DNA from: a virus
IMG/VR virus record: IMGVR_UViG_3300037483_000793
Span: 131,793-195,792 of that record
Direction: 5' to 3' (one strand)
Length of the DNA stretch: 64,000 nt
A program made the position numbers and the translations under genes. The notes beneath the pieces were generated by a model, which ran no database searches, had not been told where the DNA came from, and saw only the letters and a program-made list of their open reading frames with translations. How positions within the stretch are numbered: the first letter of the stretch is position 1; every line of letters begins with the position of its first letter. Shown in pieces: positions 37,785-47,790 of this stretch.

Positions 37785-38528
37785 TCAGTGGACATGCTCA
37801 GGGTCCTCGTCGGGGCGATTCGGATCAGCGTCTGGATCGGTGATCGGTGTCGGCACCGGCAACGATAGCGACGAGTCGCGCCGATGAAGCGGCTTGCCGG
37901 GACGATCGACGAGCGGTGTCGAGCTGTCGATCATCGGTACGCCGTCGGGTCGCACCGGAATCGGACCTGCCGCGACTGCCGCAGCGCCGCCGCTGCTCTG
38001 CTGCCAGCGCTGCCACTCGACGTCGCTGAGCTTGCCCTGACTCGCGAACTGCTCGACGAAGGCCGTGCCGGGCTCGGCCGCAGCCGGTGCGTTCGCGGGG
38101 CTGAAATTCACGGCCGCGCGTGGATCGCCCGCTTGTTCGATGAGGTGTGCGTCGTACGCGCGTGCGGCGTCTTCCGCGGTGTCGTGGACGCTCAGGCGTC
38201 GGCGGCGCCGGTTCACGTACGCGACGGCTTCCCAGCGCCGACCGTACACGTAGACACCCTTGAAGCCGCTGCGGGACGAGCGCGGACCAGCGACCGCGGC
38301 GGTCGCAGTCGACGCTGACGGATGATCAACAGGTTGCGTGACGTCGCCGCGTTGCAGCCGCTCTATATGGAAGTCACGTAGATAGACACCCACAGATTTA
38401 TATAGCTGCGCGGCTTCTAGATTCAGCGCCTCAAGTACGTCAATCGGCAAGTAAACCACGACCTTGCCCTCTTTCCATGGACGCTTCGGCACATCTCGAT
38501 TCGTATCGAATTTGCGCGAATTCGTCAA
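37785..38528 (-). CDS. AP2/ERF DNA-binding domain protein with N-terminal RHH-like segment
   Basis: SGFKGVYVYGRRWEAVAYVN...LSVHDTAEDAARAYD...AVNF is an AP2 signature; KVVVYLPIDVLEALNLEA is RHH-like. Confidence 0.8.
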   Translation of the reverse strand: MTNSRKFDTNRDVPKRPWKEGKVVVYLPIDVLEALNLEAAQLYKSVGVYLRDFHIERLQRGDVTQPVDHPSASTATAAVAGPRSSRSGFKGVYVYGRRWEAVAYVNRRRRRLSVHDTAEDAARAYDAHLIEQAGDPRAAVNFSPANAPAAAEPGTAFVEQFASQGKLSDVEWQRWQQSSGGAAAVAAGPIPVRPDGVPMIDSSTPLVDRPGKPLHRRDSSLSLPVPTPITDPDADPNRPDEDPEHVH

Positions 38529-38557
38529 CGATCGCGCACGATCGTGATCCGATCTCG

Positions 38558-38830
38558 CTCGTCTACAGCTCGTCTACATCTCAGTTCGGGCACGTATAGA
38601 CGTGTAGACGACCCTGAACCGCGCGAACCCAAATTGGTACAGCCAATGTACCATGGGTAAGATCACAGACTTACCGCCAACGGTTCCTCTCTGTAGTTCT
38701 ACCTAGAAGATTTAGAAAATAGATGAATATAGATAGAAAATCTAAACCCACTGGGAGGGTCTTCGAAAAGAGAAAGCAACGAGTTTCGTAGTATACGCTA
38801 CTATACTAGCAGCTAAGTAAGTGATACATG
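38558..38830. other. AT-rich non-coding region with direct and inverted repeats (candidate origin)
   Basis: CTCGTCTACA at 38558 and 38569; inverted TATAGACG/TGTAGACGA at 38595-38611; A/T-rich tract about 38700-38830. Confidence 0.4.
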
Positions 38831-38907
38831 GTCAGCCTCGATTGGACTGACCACAGCCGCTCTCGGAGTCGCGAACACGCCTCAACGAGAGATCAACTAC
38901 TTATACT

Positions 38908-39651
38908 CTACGTGTCCCGTACCAGCTCGTTCGCAAAGTCGTACGCACCCGCGATCAGCGCTGCCTCGAACGCCGCCATGAGGTCATCGTCGACGCCGGG
39001 CACCGGCATGCGCCCAGCAGCGACTACGAAGCGCCAGATGCGCTCGACGCCGCTCGCGGCCTCGCGCGGGACACCCGCCTCATCGCACGCTGCAAGGGCC
39101 CCCAGGACGGCATCGTGAGCGTAGGTCCCACCGTAGTGAGACACCGTCGGGCTGACGATTTCCTGCTCCGTGCCCGCCGCGAACTTTTCGGCCAGATTTG
39201 CTGCGTACCAGGCGACGCGCGCTGCTTGTGTCGAGAACGACACCAGCTCGCTCTGGTAGCGCTCGAAGTAGTGGCTGTCGAAGCTCTCGGGGCCGCCTTC
39301 GCGGCGCCGCTGCCACTCGCGTCCCCACCACTCCTGACGTTGTAGAAACCGTTCGTCGTCGACAAGCCGCGTCAGCCGCTGCTTGGCCTCTTTCGCGTTC
39401 CAGTACGCGTCCGAGATCACCGCGCCGAGCGTGATGCCCTCGGGCCCGAACCGTTCGATGCTCGGCAGTCCCGCGAGCCCCGCGGCCGCCTTCGTCGCTT
39501 GCGCGATCGCTGCGTCGTGGCCTTCGGGCGGCTTGCGCCGCGGCCGCTTTTCGTTCAGGAAGTTCGCGAGCCCTGCGATTGTCCCGATCGCCGGACGTGG
39601 ATCCGGCCATACGTCGCCGGTCAACGGCGAAAGATAGCGCGGCAGCGGCAT
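38908..39651 (-). CDS. hypothetical protein
   Basis: Likely start MPLPRYLSP. Confidence 0.6.
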   Translation of the reverse strand: MPLPRYLSPLTGDVWPDPRPAIGTIAGLANFLNEKRPRRKPPEGHDAAIAQATKAAAGLAGLPSIERFGPEGITLGAVISDAYWNAKEAKQRLTRLVDDERFLQRQEWWGREWQRRREGGPESFDSHYFERYQSELVSFSTQAARVAWYAANLAEKFAAGTEQEIVSPTVSHYGGTYAHDAVLGALAACDEAGVPREAASGVERIWRFVVAAGRMPVPGVDDDLMAAFEAALIAGAYDFANELVRDT

Positions 39652-39764
39652 CACCGCATGATGCGCGTCGCCCACAGATCCAGCAAGTCGCTGTCCACGT
39701 AGGCGATCGCGGACGCGACTGCCCGACGATCCCAGCAGCGATCGACTTGTGATACGGTCAACGC

Positions 39765-40463
39765 ATGCCGACACGCTTGCTGCAAGTCGTCTCGTTCGTT
39801 GCTGTCGCGCCCGCAGCAACGGTTGCGCTACCGCACAACATCAACATCCTCGACATCGCCAAGAAGCCAGACTTCGTTGCGTTCGACGCGGCGGGGTTTA
39901 CGGCGGTGGTCACGGCCACGCAGGTCAGCGTCACCAACCTGAACGCGGCCCCGACCAGCGTCAACGTCTGGCTCGAACTCAAGCACACGATCCCGCGCGA
40001 GTTGGGGAACAGCATCGCCAACCTGACACCGCAACCGTTCGTCGCTGCGTCTGGCGCAGGTGGCGGCGGAAGCATGGCGAACCCGATGGCGCTGCCCGAG
40101 CAGTGGGCCGCACTGGCCATCCCTGCCAACGTGGGGCCTGTCGTGATGGAGTGCCAGGTGTCGACCAACTTCGACGACATTCAAATGATGCGTGCTGGGT
40201 CCATCGTGGGCATTCGGGCTCGGCTCACGGACGTGGTCGCCCAGGGAGATGTGACCGTCAGTGTGACCATCAACGGCGCTCCGAGCGGCGTGAACGTCGT
40301 CATCCCCGACGGGGACAGTACGTCGGCCAATAACCTGGCCATCGGTGATTTCCCGTACGCCGCCAGTGATCTGATCGGCGTGACATTCACGACGTCGGCA
40401 GATTTCTTACCGGACGGTACGCTCAACCTCGAAGTCTGGCTTGAAGTCCTAGAGGCGATCTAA
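39765..40463 (+). CDS. putative virion structural protein
   Basis: Beta-rich 232 aa directly upstream of the fibre genes. Confidence 0.6.
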   Translation: MPTRLLQVVSFVAVAPAATVALPHNINILDIAKKPDFVAFDAAGFTAVVTATQVSVTNLNAAPTSVNVWLELKHTIPRELGNSIANLTPQPFVAASGAGGGGSMANPMALPEQWAALAIPANVGPVVMECQVSTNFDDIQMMRAGSIVGIRARLTDVVAQGDVTVSVTINGAPSGVNVVIPDGDSTSANNLAIGDFPYAASDLIGVTFTTSADFLPDGTLNLEVWLEVLEAI

Positions 40464-40466
40464 GTC

Positions 40467-42014
40467 ATGGCGTCACTCTTCCGTCGAGCAGGCGCGACCA
40501 TCGCGCGCTTCTTTCAATCCGCCGCCGATCCGGCAGCGGAGCCGAACGTCGTCAAGGTCTACGCCAAGGACGTCGCGGGCGTTGTGCAGGCATTCGCGCG
40601 CACTGAAGACGGAACGATCAGTCAGCTGACGCCTGTCGCTAGCGGCGGTGATCCGGCAGTCATCTTCGATGATGCTGTTCCCGCGGCCGAAGTGAACATC
40701 CGCAGCGATCGCGCGAGCAATCAGAGCCCGATCGACAACACCAAAGCCGGGATCACGAATCTCGGCAGTGTCACTGGTACAATCCCAGGAGCGACCGGTG
40801 CAACTGGAGCGTACTCAGCCATCGGCGGCGGCGACGACAACACCGCGAGCGGTGACTATTCAACTGTTCCTGGTGGTCAAGGGAACGAAGCCAGTGGCAT
40901 TGGGGCTTACGCGCAAGGCTTCCGTACTCTCGCGTTAGGCGATTATTCGCACGCAGAGGGCGAGTTCGGAGAAGCCGATGCAGAGGCGTCGCACAGTGAG
41001 GGCTCTTCCTGGGTGATCGCCGGTTTCGCGGCACACGCCGAAGGTGCAGCAACTGTCGAGTCCGACTACGGACACGCAGAAGGCGAAAGCGAGGTCGGTG
41101 CCCTCGCCGATGGTGCACATGCAGAGGGCCGCGGGCTCGTCGCTGATGGATCGATCGCTGCACACGCCGAAGGCCAAGGCACCGTCAGTACCAACTCGCC
41201 CTACTCACATGCCGAAGGCTTCAACACAGCAGTCGCCAGCGGCGTAACAGCAGGACATGCCGAAGGTCGAGGATCGACGGCAAACGCGAACTACGCCCAT
41301 GCAGAAGGTGACTTCTGCGATGCCGACGGCGTCGGCGCACACGCCGAAGGTGGAAGCACGGAAGCCACCGGGACGAATGCACACTCTGAAGGAAACGGCA
41401 CGCACGCTACCGGGCTGTGGTCACACGCTGAAGGAATCGGCAACCGAGCCGTTGGTGAGGCCGCCCACGCGCAGAATGCACTGAACGAAGCGACCGGCGA
41501 GATGACTCACGCGATGGGCGCACAGGCACAGGCGCTGCGCGCGACGCAGTTCTCGTACGCCAGCGGCGACTCGGGCGGATTCGGATCCTTCCCGACTGCA
41601 GCTCGTCAGGTGAGCTGGCTCATGTTCCGCGGCGCGACTGCGGGCGCGGGCATCAACGAGAATACGCTGCTCGGGTTCGGTTCCACCGTCCTGTTCACCA
41701 ACATGGCGTTGGAAGATCTGCGCTCGTACAACTTCCGCGTCACTGCCGTCATCAACGGACGGCAGGTCGGTCCAGTCTACGTCACCAAGACGATCAAGCT
41801 GGAGTTCAACATGCGCCGCGTCGGTGGCGTCGCTACGCTCGTAGCAAGCGTCGCCGATGTTACCTACGGCGACGCTGGCGCAGCGTCGTGGACACTAGTT
41901 GCAGCTGCGGCTGCAGGTGGACTCACGCTCACGTTCGATACTGGTGGCGGCACCGCAAGCGCATGCAACGTCGCTTGCCACGTCGAGTGGCAAGAAGTCC
42001 GGTTCGCGGCTTAA
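40467..42014 (+). CDS. fibre/adhesin with YadA-head-like (HAEG) repeats
   Basis: About 14-residue repeats SHAEG..T.A.G. Confidence 0.75.
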   Translation: MASLFRRAGATIARFFQSAADPAAEPNVVKVYAKDVAGVVQAFARTEDGTISQLTPVASGGDPAVIFDDAVPAAEVNIRSDRASNQSPIDNTKAGITNLGSVTGTIPGATGATGAYSAIGGGDDNTASGDYSTVPGGQGNEASGIGAYAQGFRTLALGDYSHAEGEFGEADAEASHSEGSSWVIAGFAAHAEGAATVESDYGHAEGESEVGALADGAHAEGRGLVADGSIAAHAEGQGTVSTNSPYSHAEGFNTAVASGVTAGHAEGRGSTANANYAHAEGDFCDADGVGAHAEGGSTEATGTNAHSEGNGTHATGLWSHAEGIGNRAVGEAAHAQNALNEATGEMTHAMGAQAQALRATQFSYASGDSGGFGSFPTAARQVSWLMFRGATAGAGINENTLLGFGSTVLFTNMALEDLRSYNFRVTAVINGRQVGPVYVTKTIKLEFNMRRVGGVATLVASVADVTYGDAGAASWTLVAAAAAGGLTLTFDTGGGTASACNVACHVEWQEVRFAA

Positions 42015-42043
42015 AGCTCACACCAAACTCCAGAGGATCTGCC

Positions 42044-43741
42044 ATGTCATTCTTCCGTCGTGCCGGTGCTGCTATTGCTCGCTTCTTCCAATCAGCCGCA
42101 GATCCAGCTGCAGAAGCGAACGTCGTCAAGGTCTACGCCAAGGACGTCGCTGGAACGTCGCAGCTGTTTGCACGAACCGACGACGGAACTATCAATCAGC
42201 TGACACCAGCAGGTGGCGCTGACCCTGCGGTCATCTTCGATGACAGCGTTCCGGCCAACCAGGTCAACATCCGCAGCGATCGCGCGAGCAACCAGTCACC
42301 GATCGACAACACCAAAGCCGGGATCACGAATCTCGGTAGTGACACAGGAGTCTGGGGCGCGTCCACTGGAGCAACCGGCGCCTATTCGACAATCGGTGGT
42401 GGCGACGACAACACCGCGGCTGGTAACAACTCGACGATCGGTGGCGGCGGCGGAAACACAGCGACTGCAACTGGAGCCGAAGCAACGATCGCGGGTGGTG
42501 CACTAAACTCCGCTGACAGTGAGGCGGCGGCGATAGGTGGCGGCTACAGCAACGCGATCGTCGGCAACGACTTCGCGCAGGTCATCGCAGGTGGCTTCAA
42601 CAACCAGATCAACGGCGGCAGCGACTACGGCGTAATCAGTGGCGGTCAACTCAACGCCATCACCGGCATCGCTGCCGTGATCGGTGGCGGCGACACCAAT
42701 GTAGTCATTGGCGACGGCAGCTTAATCGCAGGCGGTTCCGACAACCTGGTCGAAGGCGTTTTCTCGTCGGTGGTCGGTGGCGGGTCGAACTGGATCCACC
42801 CCGGTAACGACTTCGCCATCATCGGCGGCGGCGATGGTAACAACATCGGAGCCTTTTTCCCGGCGGACGGAAGCGTCATCGGCGGCGGACACATCAACTA
42901 CATCGACGACGATCACTGCTTCATCGGTGGCGGTTCATTCCACGCCATCAATGACGGCTTGGCTGGCAGCGAACACTCCGTCATCGTGGGCGGCGGCAAC
43001 AACACGCTTGACGGAAACTTCAGTTTCATCGGTGGCGGCCGTGATCACGTTATGAGCGGGCTCGCCGCCACGATCGGCGGCGGCGACGCCAATGACGCTA
43101 CCGGAGATTGGTCCACCGTCGGCGGCGGCAATCTTAACAATGTCCAGGCAGACTACGGCTGCATCCCTGGCGGTCAGGGCAACTCGGTCACCGGAATCGT
43201 GGGCCACGCAGACGGCAAGAGTTCGGTGGCGTCCGGGTTCATCTCGAAGGCCCAGGGCGCACGCGCAAATGCGTCTCGCGAAACGCAGTTCTCTCACGCC
43301 TCTGGCGATCAAGGTGGCGTCCAGGGCGGCTACCAGGTCAGTTGGCTCGTCCTGCGCGGTGCGTTCAACGCCCCCGTAGGTGCCAACTCGCCGCTCAAAT
43401 ACAGCGAGAACGCGGCGCCGGTAACTGCAATCACGCTGGAAGCCAACAAGGCTTACTCGTTCCGTGTCCGTGCCATCTGCTGGGGCGCCGCTGGCGTACA
43501 GATCGCGACGATCGTCAAGGAGTTCAACGTCCGCCTCGTCGCTGGAATCGCAACGATTGGCGCGCAGAACGTACAGGCGATCTTCGGCACAGCAACTGCG
43601 GTTGCCAACTGGACGATCCTCGGTCGCGTGACCGGCGCGGATGCCGATGTATTCGTCGACTTCGCGACTGGCGGTGATGCAGCGACCGCAGGCATTACAG
43701 TGACCGCACACGTTGAATTCGTCGAAGCAACCGGTTTCTAA
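42044..43741 (+). CDS. paralogous fibre/adhesin with GGGxxN repeats
   Basis: N-terminal about 110 aa nearly identical to the preceding gene; IGGG..N repeats. Confidence 0.75.
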   Translation: MSFFRRAGAAIARFFQSAADPAAEANVVKVYAKDVAGTSQLFARTDDGTINQLTPAGGADPAVIFDDSVPANQVNIRSDRASNQSPIDNTKAGITNLGSDTGVWGASTGATGAYSTIGGGDDNTAAGNNSTIGGGGGNTATATGAEATIAGGALNSADSEAAAIGGGYSNAIVGNDFAQVIAGGFNNQINGGSDYGVISGGQLNAITGIAAVIGGGDTNVVIGDGSLIAGGSDNLVEGVFSSVVGGGSNWIHPGNDFAIIGGGDGNNIGAFFPADGSVIGGGHINYIDDDHCFIGGGSFHAINDGLAGSEHSVIVGGGNNTLDGNFSFIGGGRDHVMSGLAATIGGGDANDATGDWSTVGGGNLNNVQADYGCIPGGQGNSVTGIVGHADGKSSVASGFISKAQGARANASRETQFSHASGDQGGVQGGYQVSWLVLRGAFNAPVGANSPLKYSENAAPVTAITLEANKAYSFRVRAICWGAAGVQIATIVKEFNVRLVAGIATIGAQNVQAIFGTATAVANWTILGRVTGADADVFVDFATGGDAATAGITVTAHVEFVEATGF

Positions 43742-43774
43742 TCGTCCGTAACCCCGTAAGCTGAGGAGAACATC

Positions 43775-44101
43775 ATGGCGAAAGCAGGAGACACGATTTT
43801 TTCGCTGGGAGCGATCACCATCGACGAAGAGGGCGTCTGTCGCGTGCGCGCCGATGTCGGGCTGCTCGGCAACAACGGCGCGCGCCATCGCCTTCGCCCA
43901 CAGATGGTCGTCGTCCCGCTGACTGAAGCGCAAGCGGCACAGGTCGCGTCGCTTCGTGCTGCTATTGCAGCAACGATCCAGGCGTCACCGCCACCGGATC
44001 TCGCAGGCGCTGCTGCAGTACCCGCGTTGACCCGCGAAGAGCAACGCGCGGCACGTACCGCGGATCGCGAAGCGGCGCGTGCAGCAACGCGTCCGCGCTA
44101 A
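43775..44101 (+). CDS. hypothetical protein (possibly fibre chaperone)
   Basis: GAGGAG RBS; follows the fibres. Confidence 0.6.
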   Translation: MAKAGDTIFSLGAITIDEEGVCRVRADVGLLGNNGARHRLRPQMVVVPLTEAQAAQVASLRAAIAATIQASPPPDLAGAAAVPALTREEQRAARTADREAARAATRPR

Positions 44102-44102
44102 G

Positions 44103-44417
44103 CTACTGCACGTCGCGCTTGATCACGCCGTCCAGCATCATCTTCATGTCGGAGAACGACTGCGGCTGCCTCAGTTCGAGCGCGTGGTAGCACGTGATGC
44201 AGACGCGTCGAATGATGAGGTCCCGATCATAGTGCGCGGTCGTCGCGTTCTTGATCGCGCACTTCAAGCACACGCTCTTGAGGCCGTGGCGATCGGCAAT
44301 CTCTTCGGCTGTCTGAAACTCGTCGGCGAGTGCGGCGGCTTGAATCGCCGCCACGATGTCGGCATGCGCAATCCCGTCACGGATTTCGCAGCCGTTCGCG
44401 TCGTAGAGCAGCGCCAC
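44103..44417 (-). CDS. hypothetical Zn-finger protein
   Basis: CLKC...CITC. Confidence 0.5.
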   Translation of the reverse strand: MALLYDANGCEIRDGIAHADIVAAIQAAALADEFQTAEEIADRHGLKSVCLKCAIKNATTAHYDRDLIIRRVCITCYHALELRQPQSFSDMKMMLDGVIKRDVQ

Positions 44418-44439
44418 TGCCTGAACAGTAACCCGGCAG

Positions 44440-44895
44440 CTACTTATCGTCGACAGGCTCGGGAATCGACAAACCGACCGGTGTAATCTCATCGTCGGCT
44501 TCGGGCCTGACAACGTCACGGGTCGTCGTCCGGCCGATCGGCAGCTCGTCAGCTGGGATGCGTACCATCGGTGCCGACCAGTCTTCGGCCGTGGCACGCG
44601 TCAGCGGCTGCATCTCACCGGTCGGCACACGCACAGGCGTGTCGTCTTCTTCATTGACGAACGGTGGGATGATCAAGTGCAACTGACGTTCGGGATGCGC
44701 GAGGACATCGACGAGGATCAGCAAGTCTCGACCGGCCTTCGGCCGCAATCCTGGCAATGCACCGATACGGCGCAGCTCGACGATCTCGGCCCAGATCTCG
44801 ATGAGCGTCTCGTGGTTGATGACGACGTCCGCAAACGTCAGAAATCGACCGGACAGCCGGAAGTACGCGAGATGGACCTTGTACAACATACCCAA
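44440..44895 (-). CDS. hypothetical protein
   Basis: 151-aa ORF. Confidence 0.55.
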   Translation of the reverse strand: MGMLYKVHLAYFRLSGRFLTFADVVINHETLIEIWAEIVELRRIGALPGLRPKAGRDLLILVDVLAHPERQLHLIIPPFVNEEDDTPVRVPTGEMQPLTRATAEDWSAPMVRIPADELPIGRTTTRDVVRPEADDEITPVGLSIPEPVDDK

Positions 44896-44907
44896 GACCG
44901 TAGCGGG

Positions 44908-45453
44908 TCAGCCTGACTTCTTCTTGCCTTTGCCTTTGCTCTTCTTCTTGCCCGCTGTCGCGAGCGCTGTCGCGGGCGCCGTCGTCACGTTGTCGTTGGC
45001 GTCGGTCGGAATCGGCGTCGGCTCAACGTCCTCGAACGAAATGTCGACTTCGAGATCGTCGCTGTTGTCGAACTTCGTCGCGAGGTCCGTCTCGGCGATC
45101 ACGGGCGCCATGGGGGCATCGACCGAGATCACGACGGGCGCACTCGCCGACGCCGCAGCCAACGTTGGTTCGGGCGGCGGCGCGACAAACGCGGGCGGGT
45201 ACGTGATCGGTTCAGTCTTCGCGATGACCTGTTCCAGCGGCACCTGCGCTGCGACGGCCGCGATCAGGTCGTCGATCGTCAGTTTGCAGAAGCGTGCGAC
45301 GCCTTCGAGCGCGGCGCCGTCGACCTCTGGCTGACCAGCAACAATGTCCAGCTGCCACATCTGCGCAAGGCGTGCGAGCGTGACGGGCGAGCCCGCAAAC
45401 TTGAGCTTACGGCTCAGGATGTACGCGGCGAGCGCGGCAGTCGGAACAGCCAT
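44908..45453 (-). CDS. hypothetical protein, leaderless
   Basis: Palindrome, TGT-TACGGT, 6 nt, then ATG. Confidence 0.65.
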   Translation of the reverse strand: MAVPTAALAAYILSRKLKFAGSPVTLARLAQMWQLDIVAGQPEVDGAALEGVARFCKLTIDDLIAAVAAQVPLEQVIAKTEPITYPPAFVAPPPEPTLAAASASAPVVISVDAPMAPVIAETDLATKFDNSDDLEVDISFEDVEPTPIPTDANDNVTTAPATALATAGKKKSKGKGKKKSG

Positions 45454-45546
45454 GTCCGTACCGTAACACGATCGCGTGCGCGATCACCCTCCGGGACGCG
45501 CGTGCAACCTCTGGATCGCTCGCGCGATCGGTGGTCTACTACCGTC

Positions 45547-46521
45547 ATGCTCGTCGCGTCATCTGGCACATTCGGCCGCCTTCAGCTCGGTCAGGTCACG
45601 GCCACACCGGCCGAGGAGGCACAGGTCCCGCGACTCACGAACAACGTGCTGGCGCTCGCGCAAGCCGAGACGCAGCTTCGTACGACGTTCGCGAAGTTGG
45701 TCCCCGACGTCGCTGCGCTGGCGGCTGCAGGCAAGACGGTCCCTGCCGAACTGCTGACATTGCTGCAGGATTACAACCGCGCCCAAGCGACCTTCATGGA
45801 AGCCACCAAGATCTGGCTACAGGCGCGCGCACAGACGCCTAAGAGCGACCTTCCGGATCCGAACGCGCAGGCGATCGCCGTTCCGACATTCGATCTGCCG
45901 TCGGCCGGGCTCGGCAACTTCTTCGGTGCTGCTGTCCCTGCAAGCGCAGTCAAGATCCGCTACGGCATCATCGGCAAGGAAATCTCGACGTCGCTCGCAG
46001 GTTATCAAAACAGCGGCTTCGCCGGATACTTCATCGGTAGCCAGCTGGGCGCGGCGCCTATTGCATGGGCGATCGTGATCATCGTCGGTCTTGCGATTGT
46101 CGGCTCGGTTGTTCTCGGCGTTGCGGCGATGCTGCGCACGACCGACACCGTTGCGGCGAACCAGGCAATCACGGCACAGGCGCAGAAACGTGTCGAAGAG
46201 GTCAAGAGCGATCGCGATCTGTACGTCTCGACGCGTGACACGTGTATCGGAACCTCACAAGATCAATCCGTTCGACTGATGTGCATCGAAGCGGCACGCG
46301 ACGTTCTGAAGGCCGCCAAGGAAGGTCGTCCGACAGCACAAAAGCCGATCTCGCCGATCGCTGTCAGTGCGCTGACCATCGGCGGCATCCTGCTCGTGCT
46401 CGGTGCCGCAGGCGGTGTCGGTTACGTCATCTACAAGCGCCGCAGTGGCAGCCACGCGCCTCGTGCTGCACAGATGCGTCCGCAGTCCGGCGGTTACGAC
46501 ACCGACGACAGCGAGGGCTGA
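45547..46521 (+). CDS. membrane protein with two TM segments
   Basis: TMs PIAWAIVIIVGLAIVGSVVLGVAAML and ALTIGGILLVLGAAGGVGYVIY-KRR. Confidence 0.7.
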   Translation: MLVASSGTFGRLQLGQVTATPAEEAQVPRLTNNVLALAQAETQLRTTFAKLVPDVAALAAAGKTVPAELLTLLQDYNRAQATFMEATKIWLQARAQTPKSDLPDPNAQAIAVPTFDLPSAGLGNFFGAAVPASAVKIRYGIIGKEISTSLAGYQNSGFAGYFIGSQLGAAPIAWAIVIIVGLAIVGSVVLGVAAMLRTTDTVAANQAITAQAQKRVEEVKSDRDLYVSTRDTCIGTSQDQSVRLMCIEAARDVLKAAKEGRPTAQKPISPIAVSALTIGGILLVLGAAGGVGYVIYKRRSGSHAPRAAQMRPQSGGYDTDDSEG

Positions 46522-47336
46522 TGCTCTTCGTTACTGGGCTCGGCACGCAGCTCGGAGATCTGCAGAGTGACCTTGTGTCGCTGCAGAAGCAGGTCAGCCG
46601 CTGCGTTCGCGCGTTCCCGCTCGGTAACTCGAACGCTGACGCCAGCATGGCGGTCACTTGCGACATGCTCGTGGGCGGCCATGACACCAACAGCGGCATT
46701 CGCACGTTCGAGAAACTGTCATTGATCGATCAGGCCGACAACGCAGTCATGGCGTCGATCGCGCACGATCTCCTGACGGGCTGGTACAACACGGGAACGG
46801 GCGGTGCACCCAGCACCAGTGAAGCGAACGTTCGACGTATTGCTGCACAGAAACTCGGAGAGGAGCCGGTCCTCGAAGGTCTACCAGCACCACAAGCAGT
46901 GTTCGCGCTCTCGTCGGCGGCCCGTCGCGAGTCGAATGATACTGCCAAGCTCGCCATGATCAAAAGTCTCGGGTATCTGCTGCGTACCCGTAACGAAGAT
47001 CTCGTTCCACACAACGTGCGCACTGAAGCGATCACGACGCTCAAGATCTTCGCGGACCCGAACGTTCAGCGCAACCCGTACATCCTCAACGCCGCGAACG
47101 ATGCGTTGAAAGATCTGAACCAGATCAGTCTCGACATCGGTCCGGCCACGGTCACGCCGGTTCAGAAGCCGCGCTCGCCTTACTTCATTCCGATCGTCGC
47201 GACAGCGACGACAGCCGTGCTCGCGACCGGTACGCTGCTCGCCATCTTCTGGCGACCTGGCGGGCACGGACTCAGCGGCGCAGGGCCCTTGCGGCGCAAA
47301 GTAGAAGCAGCGTACCGACGACGCCGAGCGCAATAA
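46521..47336 (+). CDS. C-terminally anchored membrane protein
   Basis: TGATG-coupled; PYFIPIV-TM-WR. Confidence 0.7.
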   Translation: MLFVTGLGTQLGDLQSDLVSLQKQVSRCVRAFPLGNSNADASMAVTCDMLVGGHDTNSGIRTFEKLSLIDQADNAVMASIAHDLLTGWYNTGTGGAPSTSEANVRRIAAQKLGEEPVLEGLPAPQAVFALSSAARRESNDTAKLAMIKSLGYLLRTRNEDLVPHNVRTEAITTLKIFADPNVQRNPYILNAANDALKDLNQISLDIGPATVTPVQKPRSPYFIPIVATATTAVLATGTLLAIFWRPGGHGLSGAGPLRRKVEAAYRRRRAQ

Positions 47337-47403
47337 CGACGATCATCGGCGCGTTATAGCACCTCGATCGCTCGCGCGATCGGCCTGTGTTACGCTCGAC
47401 GGC

Positions 47404-47790
47404 ATGAAGCGCATCATCCTGTTCGCGGTTCTCGTCCTCGGTATCGGTACCACGCAGCCCAGCTGCCCCGGACCAGGTCCGAATCCGATCATCACCGCGA
47501 TCATCGATTGCACGGCCGAGAACAAAGACCAGATCGCGCAGCTCGTCGCCGAGTTCAAGACGCTGCTCAGCGGCCAGATGCCCGACTGGGCAGCCATCTA
47601 CCAGCGCGCCAAGAACGCGGGCAAGTCCATCGGCGGCTGTGCACTTGCCGAGATCGTCCAGAACTACCTCGGCAACCGTACAACACCGCCGTCGCAGGCC
47701 GATAGCTGGGACGCGTTCAACACGCTCGAACGCTTCCGCCGTGAAGAGGCAGGCAACGCGACGTTCCACACGTCACAAGGCGACATGTGA
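47404..47790 (+). CDS. secreted protein or lipoprotein
   Basis: MKRIILFAVLVLGIG...SC signal peptide. Confidence 0.65.
   Translation: MKRIILFAVLVLGIGTTQPSCPGPGPNPIITAIIDCTAENKDQIAQLVAEFKTLLSGQMPDWAAIYQRAKNAGKSIGGCALAEIVQNYLGNRTTPPSQADSWDAFNTLERFRREEAGNATFHTSQGDM

Noticed and set aside
45950-45990. Self-target of unit H (codons for RYGII)
   Set aside because: Only 4 consecutive dinucleotides match and the flanks mismatch; expected by chance.
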